Assembly: GCA_036172245.1 (NCBI GenBank)
Contig: JAYWIR010000016.1
Location: 2,666,001 to 2,730,000, forward strand
DNA length: 64,000 nucleotides
Origin: Raillietiella orientalis
Lineage: Eukaryota
Reading direction: 5' to 3'
Numbering within the stretch: position 1 is the stretch's first letter; each line of letters starts with the position of its first letter. This document shows positions 52,500-64,000 of the stretch, in pieces. The position numbers and the translations under genes are program-made. The notes beneath the pieces were generated by a model. That model was given only the letters and a program-made list of their open reading frames with translations. It was not told where the DNA came from and ran no database searches.

Positions 52500-55400
52500 C
52501 TGCTGACCTCCTGTTCCGGTGCCTTCCCTGCCCGGGAGAAGGAGAGCTGCTCCGTCCCGCGCCCTTTCAGGATGAGCAAAACGAAGAGAGCCACCCTCCC
52601 TTTCACTTCTCGATGATTCCCCTTTTTCTTCTACACGCAGTCCGGGAAGAGGGCGGCCTTCTCCATTCCCCCACCCCTCTCCGCGATCGAGGTCTCTCGG
52701 AAGTTCCCCGCATCCATCGACGGAGGAAAAAAAGAAGAGGAAGGGAAACGCGGTCGAAGAATGCTCCCTTGGGAGATGGCAAAGGGAGGACGGAAGGGAG
52801 ATGGGGCTGCCGGAAGACTTCGTCTGACTTGTTGTCAGGACGAAGTCTGCGCCTGAGGAGGGGGTGATGCTGCTACTGCTGCTGCAAACCGCCGTGCACG
52901 ATGAGGTTCCGCACGTGAACACATGGTGCGTCGTTCCAGTCCTCCCTCTGACCGCGTGGGAGGGGGAAGGGAGGGCAGTGCGAAAAACCGGATGCTTCTC
53001 TTGGAGTTGGCTCTACTCCCCTGATGTCTTGATGCTACCGTGCACTCCACCCGCGGACGAGGCGGGGGGGGGGCTACCTGGGCCCGGACGACTGATCTTC
53101 CTAGGAACTTCTTCCTTCCATTGCTTCCATTTCCGTCTTCGGCTTTGCCGAAGGAACGAGGTCGGCGGATCGAATTCCCGCCGTTCTCCGGCTCCCAAGC
53201 GCGGTGCCACTTTCGAAGCGCAGTCGAGGGTGGGCGCAGCGTATCAGTGTCGGTGGCGCTTTGCGGGAGCGATCCGATCCGGGTGCGGAAACTGGGCTGT
53301 CAACGTCGGGGACAATGTCACTGGCAATCAAAGGAAGTGGGAGGCAGACGGGCTCGTGCACGCAAACGCACGCGCGAAACAACTTGGAAGAAAGACGACG
53401 GCGGGAAGGTGGGGGTGGGGGGGGGGGGGGGCGATAAGTCTGTCTTCGCCTCCTTCGTTTTCTCGCTCTCACCCCAGGACTCTGCCACCGCTGCCGCGAA
53501 GACTTGCCACTTGCCAACGGCGCCCGAAGAGAAAACAAAAGGGAAGAATGGAATGCCCGCTTTTTCGGAAGGGGATCCCCCCCCCCTTGGACGCTGTGCG
53601 CACATTTATCACGTAATCACCGAATATTCAGTGAGCCTTTTCTGGAAGAACTCGGCTTTTGCAGTTCCCTTAGCACCGGTGTGTCGTCCCGGTGACGAGC
53701 TGTGGCTCCTTTCTGCGCTGGTTGTGTCACTCAGCTAGAGATCAGTTAATTGCCGACGGAACACCAAGGCAGGGAAACCTCGCTTAATGAGCTTTCCTTT
53801 TAATAGTCGTCGTGTTTTTTATTGTTCCCTTCCCAAAAAGGCTATATACGCGCGCGCACACACATACAAAAAAAGGAAAAAAAGAAAAAAACACGCACGC
53901 ACACGTACAAACTCACAAAAGACCGCGATTCGTGTCTCGAAGTAAGAAAGCACGCATTTTGCGAGACGGTTTCCCAAATCGAAATTCTTTCCGTTAGTAA
54001 TGATTAACCATCTGTCAATGGAGCTCGCGATTCGTGTTTGCTTTTCTGAGCACTCGCGAAGTCACGGCTGAGTCCACAGAGCACACTTACCACTTCTTGC
54101 CCTCCCATCCTCGCCTTCGTTTTCACTTGCTGATCTCCGGCCGCTTTCCCCGGCACTTTTGCAAGCGGTCTGCCCTCCTCCTCTTCCTCGGTGGCGCTTC
54201 CGGGTGGTTTCGCAAGGCGCAGGAATCGGACGCCCCCCGCGCGGGCGGGCGGGCGGGGTGGGGTGGGGGACACGGGAACGGCGGGCGCGCGCCTTAGGGA
54301 TGGCGGCGGGGACGCCGCGCCGCCTGCCGGCAGCCTATTCTTGGCCGGCCAACAATGGGAAGCGGGGGCTATCGATCCGAAGCGCGTGGAGGAATGGACG
54401 CCTCCCCGAGCTCCATGGAGATCTCCATGGACCTTTCCCCCGGCCGGCGTCCCCAGGAAGGTTCGGCGAAAGGGCCGAAACTCTCGTGGTCGCCAAGACG
54501 CGGGAAGCAAGGAAGGCAAGGACCGAGTCGAGCAGACCGGAAAAGGTATTTGGCCATCCTTTTTAATCTCTCTCTCTCTTTCGCCTCCCTTCTTCCCCTT
54601 CCCTTTTGGGCGTTTTCGCTCGGCTTCTTAAGCGGGGGGTGGAACGCACGGCGTTCGACGTGCGTCACGGGTTCTCCGGGAGCGGCCCACCGCGCCAGAA
54701 AAACAAATGCGTGACTTACTGTTTGCTCCGCATCCGACTTTCCCTGAATGCAGGACTGCACGTTGAAGAAAAACAGCATGACGACCACGCGAGGCGAGTT
54801 GACTTTTGCTTTCATGATGAGCCCTTATCCGCGGCGATCTTGCGTCTTGAACGAACTGCTTCTCGGCAAAAGTTCCTCCGAATGCACAGCTGAGTTCGGA
54901 CGGAGGACGAAGGTGCTTACCCTTTCACTACCGTCGCGTATGCGAAGGAAAATACTATCTCTATGCAAATGGTGGCGGCATCGACCCGTTTTCCTCTTCT
55001 GCTTTTTTTTCTTTTTCCTCTCCTCTTCTTATTCAAGGATGTTTTTTTTTTTTTTTTTTTTTTTATTGTTAATGTCACAATTGAATGGGACCAATGTACT
55101 GACTCTTAGGCGTCCGAAGGTAGGGCATGCAAAGGGAACAAAACATTTCGTGCTGAAGAATGCTTCTTGACACGGAAAATGACTCCGAACCGAGAGATCG
55201 CGGACGCGAAACTTTGGAGCAATTGATCAGAGGTTTGGTCCTAGATTAAGGAGGACTTTCGAAGAACAGACACGCGGTCGAGGTGGTCACGCATGCGTGG
55301 GAACCCGCTTTCTGACCCTTGGAGGCTTTTGACGCGGCCATTGTTTCCTCGAATACGACTCTCGGGATATCGATGGACTTAAGAAAGAAATCTTGGATAA

Positions 55401-58400
55401 AGGCATCCGGATGACTGGGCTGGGGAGCTGCGGATGGATGAGGAAAGAGGATGTCCCATTTTCATCTGCGAGGCCTCAGGAGAAGTGCAGCCGGGGGGAT
55501 GAAAGCGAAAGTGAAAAAGGGAAAGATGATCGCACCGATGCTGACTGGCCTCTTCTCTCCCCCGTCTTCTTTAGCTGTCCCACCATTCGGTGCACCCACA
55601 CGATCCTGCATGCACGAAAAGTCCCGACATGCCTTTCCCGGCATTCTCGCCTTTCCCCTCCTCATTCCCTTCCTCCTCTCCTCCCCCTCTTCCCACGCTT
55701 TCCATGAGATCAAGAAAATGCCTCGAGGATCGACCTTTCAAGGTTCTCCCATAGTCAAATGCCATGTCGTCTCCGTCAATGCTTCGTGGAACTATCTGGA
55801 GAAATTCCGAAGTGGATTCGGCTTCCAGCCGCAACAGCCTTGTTTCCATCCCTGCATCCCTGTTTCCACTTCCTCGTTTGCTTAGGTACCTCCGCTAGAA
55901 TGGAATGGCTGATGTGCTCAGGGAAAGAGAAAGAGGGAAATTTCTATGGGAAGTGGCTGACCGTCCTTTCTGTAGCCGCTGGGGTTGCCCTCCTCCTCCC
56001 ACGCCGCCGCATGGGCAGCTGCTGCTTGGCGCTGCCTTTTCTTCCGCAGAAGAAACAAACCAGAAAGACGTGAGCGAGAATTCGCGTCTTTCCAGGCAGA
56101 GACGCCTCCAACGTGAGAGATGTGGGGAGAGAGATCCAACACCCTTATCATTAGTCCATCCTCCCTCTCCTACCTAGAAGGTAGGAAGAGGGGGAATCTT
56201 CCTCCCTCCTCCTTTGTGCTCGTTTTCTTCCTTGTTTCCTACCCTCTTCTGCTTCTTATGGGACTTGGGAGTGAGGCGGCGTGAAGTTAGGGTGACGGTT
56301 TTGCCGAGCACGCCGGAGGAGACAAAGGGAAGGGTTCTCAGAGGTAACGATGATTCTTCAAGAGATTTCCGACTGAGGGAAGAGGAAGACATCTCAACTG
56401 GGAGCCGAGTCTTTGCGAAGGAGGTTCCGTCGCTTCCGTTTTTGCCCCTCCAGGACCCCGTTTCGCTTTGCACATCTGCAGACATCCCATGAATTGAGAT
56501 GGGCGCGATCGAAGGATCGCCGGCGCCAACAATAGCCTCCTCCCACTCTCCAAACTTTTGGGTTCCTGCTGCTAAATCGCACGCCTCCCCTACCCGCCGC
56601 TAGGCAACCCGGGATAAGGAAAGGCAGCTCGGAAAACTCATTCAAACAAGGAGGTGCGCACCGGAAATCGCTCGCACAGCCTGCGGGCGCAGCTTCCGGG
56701 AGTCACCGTCTGGACGGTGCCACGGATTCTTGGTTTGGAAGCGCCTTCACCGGGAGGAACTTAGGAACCCTCTGAGGGATTTGTGGGGCTGCAAATAGGG
56801 TTAGTGCTGTCCTCCACTTCTCGAGTCAGGATCGGGGGGGGGAGTAGAAGTGAAGGCAAAAGTCACCACCAACAGGGATGCTGCCAGGATACTGGATGGC
56901 AAGGATGCACAGATCTCGCCGCATCCATCTCCATGAGAATGGAGGTATCTCCCAATGAAGGCCTGTCTCTTGTCCTTGCCCCTCCTCCTCCTCTCACCTT
57001 CGAATCCTTTGAACGCGATCATCTCCAGCAGTAAAGGATCTCACGAGGAGAGGGGTCCCAGTCCCAGAGAGGACTTCATGGTCTTCTCACTCTTCCGTTC
57101 CTCTCCTTGATCAGAGTGGCTCCCACACCAAGGGGAGACCCCGGGCACGGGAAATTTGGGGAAACAACGATCTCCTTTCCCAAGTATCGGGTCTTCTTTC
57201 TTTGGCTTTTCTGCTCCCCCTTCCCATCGAGGAGGATTCCTTTCCTTCTCCTTGTCTGCTGCAGGCTCCATCCCTCTCCTTGCTTCTCGTTCTCCAGTCG
57301 CAACTCACTGTATTCCCTGGGAATTTCCACCTCCATGGAGGATAAGTAGATCACCTGCTGGACTATTGCTCCCAATCACTCTCTCCGGTTTCTCTTCCCC
57401 CCAGCCCTCTTCTAGTTTCATTAGTGATCTGGATTTTGATCCTGTGTGCTGCTTTCAGTCCTCCTGACGGCTTCAGACTGTCTTTTTTCAGAAGAGGCAG
57501 AATGGTCCTTGGCTACGGCACATGGGTGCCCCTATGTACCGTCTCCAAATAACCGAGGACTTCCACCGCTTCTCCAGGCAACGTGTCCGACGAAAGAGCG
57601 TCTCCGGCTGCCTCCCCTCCTGCATGGGTGTCACGCTCTGCCCACGACTCCTGAAGGACTCGCTGGGTGGGCAGTAGCAGACCAGCAGATGCACTCGGGA
57701 GAGAGATAGCCTTTCCGGAGGATCCGGGAGCGGAAGCGAGAAGCCTCCAGAGTCCGAGATTGTTGGAACCTCAGGATGGAGAGAGGCAGCGGGCAGCTTC
57801 GTCGGCAGGGTGGTCCGGCTTAGGGAGCTCAACTGGGCACAGAGGTAGCGCCTGAAGGCCCGGAACCGCTGTAGCTCCTGCAGGGACCGGACCTTCCGTC
57901 GCCTTCCTCCCGTTTGGCATTGCTTGAGGAACCCCTTTCGTTGCCACCCTCCCTTCGCCCACTTTCCGGCGTATATACTACGCCGTTATGCAGCAAATGA
58001 GAAAATAGTGCTTGGGATGGGGGGGATGAAGAGGTTGTTTTTTGGTACTGCGGCACTTCCTCCTCCCCAAGTGGCTTTGTAGCGGGGAGAGAGCTGAATT
58101 CATCTGCGAGAAAAATATGCTTACGACGCGGCTTCCCTTCCCGTCTCCAGCGCATCGTACTACGAGCAAGATGGCGAATTTTAGCTTTTAGGGTCTTCGC
58201 CCCCTGAGGAGGGAAGGGAGAAAGAGAGGTGATCTGGTGTTCCCAGGCGCACCATCTTCATCGCTCCCGTGGATTCAACCCTAGTGGAACACTGGAGACA
58301 AAGGCAGGGTCCCTTCTCCTTGGTCTTGGCAAGGAGCGTGGAGCTCACTCGAATAGCTTCGAGGACAAAGGGAGAGGGAAGTGACCTCGCTACCCTTATC

Positions 58401-59070
58401 CCTTTCTCATTCCCCGAGAGCGGGCACCTACATCCCCTCTTTCCTACCGTCCCTCCCCTAAGAGCATTTTCCCCGTCTTCCTCGTCCTTCCCCTCCCAAC
58501 TCCCCCGCGAATACATTCGCAGAGCGCCTCCACTCTCAGAGGTTCTACTCAACTACTGCTGCTGAGCTCGAGCCTTGCGACCGGGAGAAGGAGGGTCCCC
58601 TTCTCCCGTGTGCCCGAAAAATTAGCCTCGCTCCCCATGATTTCCTCCCCATGCTGTGTTGTTCCGTCCCTGCCAGGACTCCAGCCGGCCCGAGTTGCAT
58701 TACTCAGGACTTCCCGCTAGCCCCATTCGGTCGCATCTCCCCAGTTGGTCGCGGGGCGTCTCGCAGGAGATCCCTCTGCTCCCATCTTTCTACGCTCGGC
58801 TGGGGGGCGGACTGCACTCTAAGACTATCCCTGATGTAAGGAAGTTATTCTCCTCCCTGTCTTCCCCTTCGAGGCAACACTGCTTGCTGACTGATCACCG
58901 AGGACGCGTGCCCTCAGAGGATTCCCCCTGCCTGAGTCACCCCAGGTCTCCAGGACACACAGAAGAGACGTTCCTTCTCCCGAAATGCGGCAGGAACGGA
59001 AAAGGGAAACCCGACCGATTTATTTCAGAAAAGCAGGGTCGAGCGCAGGGAGGAATGGGCGGGGAAAGGA

Positions 59071-62000
59071 TCACATGCTCATCTTTCCCTCCAGAAACCG
59101 GACATAGAGCTCCGGGGTAACGAGCTCGTACTGTCCCTGGGGATTCACGTAGAACACCTCGTCCTCGATTTTGGCGGGGTCGAAGCCTTCCTCCCGCAGC
59201 TGCATCTTTTTGAATTTGAAGGTTTCTGGAAGGTCATGCACGCATCATCTCCGGGAATACCAGGATGAGATGGAGGGAATAGAAAGAGAGAAGAAAAACG
59301 AAGGAGGGAGGGGGAAGGATTTCCGACGCACCCGTCTTGTCCACTTGCTTGACTATTCGGTAGAAAATGGGACGGGCATAGGGAGGCAGCTCCTTGTGCA
59401 GGCCGTCGATCAGGCGACGCAGGTCTCTGGAACTGTTGGCGTTGGTGATAGCAACCATTCCAGCGCGTCCCTCCACGCCAGGGACTTTCACTCCGTAGGC
59501 AACGCAGTCGCTGAGATTGAGGATCTCGCTGACCAGAGACTCCACCTCCGCAGTGGCCACATTCTCGCCGCGCCAGCGGAAGGTGTCGCCCCTCCGATCC
59601 TTGAAGTACAGGTACCCCAGCTCGTCCATGACCAGCAAGTCGCCGGACAGGAAGATGCGGTCTCCCGGCTCGAACGCGTCCCGGATGATCTTCTTCTCTG
59701 TCGCTGAGCGGTCCGAGTAGCCCTGGAATTCGCGGAACGCGTCCTTGGAGCTGATCTTCCCCACAAGCTCCCCGGGTTCCCTCGGCTTGCACTTCACGCA
59801 CAGGCCGTTGGGTCCGCGGATGGGCAGACCCGTGACGTAATCGATGCGGATGAGCGTCACTGGGTAGACGGAGGGGAACAGCCGGGAGACGAAACCGATG
59901 GACCCGACACGGTTGTCGATGTTGGCTGCGGAGAGACGTGCACGCCTAGCGGCTGCTCCGGGAGGAAGGAGAATGAGGGCGACCTACTCAAGTTCGCGAT
60001 CCCTTCCGTGGCGCCGTAGAACTCGCCTATTCTCTCGATCCCGAATCGCTTCTGGAAATGCTCCCAAATCCGCGGACGGATGCCGTTCCCAAGCATCAGC
60101 CGGATGCGGTGATTCCGGTCCCTCTCCTGCTCGGGAGCCATCAGGAGGTAGCGGCACATTTCGCCGATATACTGGGCAACCTGCAAGAGATCGTCTTCTG
60201 GAGCAGAGGAAGGAGGGGGGACGCGTCTTCATTTGCGGCGATGGGTGCGCGCGTCTCCCTTCCAAGCTTTCTCTTTCCTTCCTTCCCCCTTTTCTCGTCA
60301 CTTGAAGATCAGTGGATGCCAGCGAGACCAGGAAAATCCGGACATTCGCCACCCTGGCCTCCCCTCAGTTCGTCTGTTCTGACTGTCCCGTCATTTTGCC
60401 GGTATGGGACGCAGAACACTCGAGAAAAATGAATTTCGGAGTTGTCGTCAAGTCACCGATGACGGCTTCATCCCGCCAACGCTTTTTCCGGTCGCATATC
60501 CGTATGCTGAAAGGATGCACACGACCAGGGTCCATAAGCAGTCAACCCCCCCCCACGGCCAGGTTATGCTGGGTCCGACGATTCACAAGAAGACCATAAC
60601 GTCGAGCCAACCACGTTCTGCCGTTCTTTTCTTCCCGGGACGTTTCAATTATGGAATGGGACTCCTGCTCGCAGAAATGCCGACAATACTTCGGTCGGAA
60701 CTTCTGCAGTGCGACATCGGCGCAAGAGAATATCTAGTGTGGCCTTCGCAGGGTCGCAGGTCACCATGAATCTCTTGCTCACAACAAGCGCCCCGGGTGA
60801 GGAACGGAAAAAATAACCGCCGCGTGAGAGCGCCTCGAGGCGAACGGAGAGTCCTTCGTCAATGGCGACTCAGGCCACCTGCAGACTGCGACTGCTATAC
60901 GCAGGAATGCAGATTACGATGGAAACCCGTAGTACCCCCTACTACCATCGTTCCACATCCAACTCGAGTTTTTTTTCTTGTTGCTCCTTCTCGGTTGAAC
61001 GAACGGAGGCAGCGCGTTGGCTTCGTTCGCGCTATCGGCAAATGGGATGACGGCCATTGCAGCGTCTGCAGATGCTGATCGAGGTGATCTCCGGCGCGAT
61101 CATGGATTTCCCTTCCCTCATTACGATCGTGTCGGGATGCTCGTTAATATCTGAGAATGAGGAACGATTGTCGGCTGACTAGTAGAGAGAAGGCTTGAGC
61201 CTTTTGAAAGTCTTTTGCCTTTTCGGAAATCGCTCTTTTCACTTTCTGTCGAAAGTGAAAAGAGCGATTTTCGACGTGGCCTTCTTGCCGTGGAAACGAT
61301 TCGAGCTCTCCCTAAGACGGGCGCCGGCAGCAATCCTGGAGCCGATGCAAGTGTCATCTTGAGAACGGAAGTTTCTTTTGTCTCGCCTAGTTTTCTTACT
61401 CCCATGAGATATATTCTTTTCTGTTCATATTCTTCTTCGCCGCCCCGAGAGTCTCCCGGTTTACACGAGTGTCCGAAGCGATTGATTATCTGAAGTCTTA
61501 GCAGAGCAGCCTCTCTTCTGCATCTTACGCACAGGCATCTCTAAGTGCAGTTCACAGAAGGGGAGAAGGAAGGGGGGAGGGGAGGAGAAGGGTCGCCTTT
61601 TTTTCTCTCTCATGCCACTCAGCTCGCGACGGCGCTTCTACTCGAGGGAGACGCAGCTCCGAGCAAGGCCACATCCCAGGTCGTGGTGTTCTCTCAGGAA
61701 GCAGCAGCAGAGAACGATTGCTGCTGAAACCCACGCTCTTCGCGAGCGCATCGTTTGGAAATTCCGGGTTTCCAATGTTGAAATTCTTTCGGCGTGAGAC
61801 TCTTGGAAGATATGCGAAGATGCTGAATAGGTGGCAGCGGGTCCAGTCGTGCTGGTGGGAGCACAGGGCACGTGTATCTCCGTGGCCTTGCCTGGAGCTT
61901 TCGTTCTTCACGCAGAGACCACATCCAGGCGAACCCTGGAGGGATGGAGGAGGAGAAGCATAAGGCACGTGTTCTCTCTCTGTGTTGAGGTTGGGACCTC

Positions 62001-64000
62001 CAACGTCTGCTTTCTCGGACTCTTGCAGGAAGTCTTTCGCACAGCACTCGGAAATTCCTCCTCATCAGAAGGCTTCTCTCTGTGGGGAGGGGGGTATTTT
62101 TTCCTCTTCTTCTTCTTTTTTCCTCCTAATATCAAACTCAGAAGCCTTCCGACCAGCGGTTTTTCCCGATCTCCTGATTCTTACATCGTTGCTGCAGCTG
62201 ATAAAAGCGAAAATGATCCTAAGATGGGGAGCCTTGCTCATCATAAGACGAGCCAATGCGGCCTTTAGCTTGGCGACTTTGCCCGTGCTCACAGGGAGAT
62301 CAAGAGTCTGCAGAGTTTTGTCGCGACCCGTTTCTCTCTTTCGGCCCACGTGTTGAACATCCTTGCCTTCCAAAAGAAACTACTCAGGGCGTCATTCGAA
62401 AAAAAAGGAAAAAGGAACATCGAGGTTCCGTCTGGAGGCCCGAGTTTGTTATCGCCTTCAATGAAGTCAAGAAAAACTTGCCTTTCCATCTTCGCCAACT
62501 ACGGCAATGGCAGACCAAACTTTGTGACTTGCACTTAGGAGGCGAGCCCTCCGCGAAAGTTTGCAAACGGCCAAAGGGGAGCTCTTTTTCGTGAGGAGGA
62601 AGACTGTGAGATGAGTTGCACCGCCCTTCGGCGGGAGCTGTGCTCCACTGAAGGCAGTGGCCAGGTGATTCCGTCATCACCCACCTGGTTCTGAGGAGGG
62701 GCACTGAGGAGTCAAAGAGAAGCGGGTATTGGGAACCAAGGTCTTCCTCACTCTTCTGGCACCCGGTGAAGATTCGAAACTTGCTAACGATCGGATCTGA
62801 CCTCGTATCCCCAGAGGAAGGTGACGAGGCAAAGTCTGCACAGACATGGAAAAGACGACCCCAGAATCCATCTGTGTGAGCCGAAACCCGTCATCAGCAC
62901 GCAGTCGAAATGCAGCGGAGAGGGAAATATTCGAGGGCGCTCTTGCTGAACACCCAACCACCTCTGCAGGCACCAACCGATGGAGCGGGATGCTTTGGCT
63001 GAGCTGCTCTGAGCGCTCACGACGCATCTCTATAAGAGTCATGGAAGTCCGTGGTCCGAACGGATGTTCCTTCACAAAGAGGAAGTGTGGTTTCTTCACA
63101 GGGCACCGGAACCTCCCACTAGGGCACACTCCACTCATTCGAAAGGGAGAACTTTCGAGGCAACAAGCGGTGAGCATGATCACCGGCGCACTGCTACAGA
63201 TCGCTTTTATGCACCGTGCGCGAGTCTTACCGTACACCCGTGACGACGACAGTCCTCCCAGTAGTTGGACACGGAGAATTTCTTCCTCAGGACGACCGTG
63301 CAGCCGTTGATTAGGGCCTGTCCCGCTCCCAGACAGCCTCCGGCAGTATGGTACAATGGAAGGGGATCGTAGATGACGTCATCCTCCTTCAGCAGCTGCA
63401 TGTTGTAGATCGCCCCAACGATCATGATGAACCTGGAAGGGGAAAGGGGGGAAAGAGAGGTGGGTAGACTACGTTCCCTTGCGCAGGATGCCAACCTAGT
63501 CCCACAAGCCATACCTCGAATGACTGAGCACGGCCGCCTTGGGCATCCCAGTGGTCCCCGAAGTGAAAATGTACAGCAGCTCCTGTTTCAGAGAAAGCTC
63601 TACGTTTGGCTTCTCCTTGCTGGCAAAAGCCATCTCCTTGTCAATGGACACGGCGTCCACGTCACAGGGGCCTTCTCCGGAGACGAAGAAAGGGAAACCG
63701 GCGCCCAGCTTGTCTTTAATGTGTTGGACAGCTAGGAACGATGGCTCCGTGAGCAGCGCCATCCTCAGCTCCCTCTTTCTCCTCTTTTCTACCCTCGCTG
63801 CTTACCGGACGCAAGCTCGAACCCGAAGATCAGCGCCTGGCATCCGGCAACCTTGATGCAGTGCTCCAGGGACCCCTTCCACAGCTGCGAATTGATGAGC
63901 GCCGAGACGACGCCAATCTTGGCGAGCCCCAGCCACATGCACACGAATTCGGGTCGGTTCCCCATGAACAGACCGACGACATCCCCTTTTCTAAATCCTC
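59071..64000 (-). CDS. Fatp: Long-chain fatty acid transport protein / very-long-chain acyl-CoA synthetase (SLC27A/FATP1-4-like), 5'-truncated by the window
   Basis: Exons >64000-63806 ([36 protein letters not shown]), 63731-63515 (AMP-binding [14 protein letters not shown]), 63432-63231 ([12 protein letters not shown]...[13 protein letters not shown]), 60180-59988 ([13 protein letters not shown]...GNGIRP...EFYGATEG), 59925-59332 (FATP signature [53 protein letters not shown]), 59225-59071 ([16 protein letters not shown]...KMSM*). All junctions are GT-AG and phase-consistent. Confidence 0.97.

Noticed and set aside
55900..57900. Short ORFs, including a hydrophobic stretch (ILAASLLVVTFAF), as a possible signal-peptide exon
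   Set aside because: No suitably placed in-frame ATG or splice donor; the frame ends in a stop shortly after.
59215..59335. FATP C-terminal motif reads TETFK instead of the common TGTFK
   Set aside because: This position varies among SLC27A family members and the catalytic Lys is retained; not evidence of inactivation.
1..64000. Prokaryotic systems (CRISPR arrays, retrons, defence operons), rRNA or tRNA genes
   Set aside because: The DNA is intron-containing animal sequence; the only RT is a LINE-type ORF2; no regularly spaced repeat arrays or structured RNA genes were recognised.

Overview
Eukaryotic (animal, most likely invertebrate/arthropod-like) genomic DNA with spliceosomal GT-AG introns; no prokaryotic operon, CRISPR array, rRNA or tRNA was recognised. 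From left to right: (1) a decayed L1/Tx1-like non-LTR retrotransposon ORF2 3' half (1-1840, +); (2) an Lmx1-class LIM-homeobox gene (coding exons traced 10137-19910, +) in very GC/CpG-rich DNA; (3) a candidate RFX X-box/CRE/ETS promoter near 22 kb; (4) FTSJ3/Spb1 rRNA 2'-O-methyltransferase (29287-26214, -, 12 coding exons) in an AT-rich, CpG-depleted island with introns as short as 40-46 nt; (5) an unidentified multi-exon coiled-coil gene (~33-38.8 kb, +); (6) a two-FAS1-domain fasciclin gene (43388-~47362, -), with Pro-rich YGPP/SYGAP exons upstream (51.6-52.5 kb); (7) a fatty-acid transport protein (SLC27A/FATP, 59071->64000, -, 5' end outside the window). Most long ORFs in the supplied track are artefacts of GC-rich non-coding DNA. 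The most notable observations are the ultra-short intron class, the gene-body-limited CpG depletion, and the orphan genes hidden in small exons. No clearly new biological system could be demonstrated from sequence alone.
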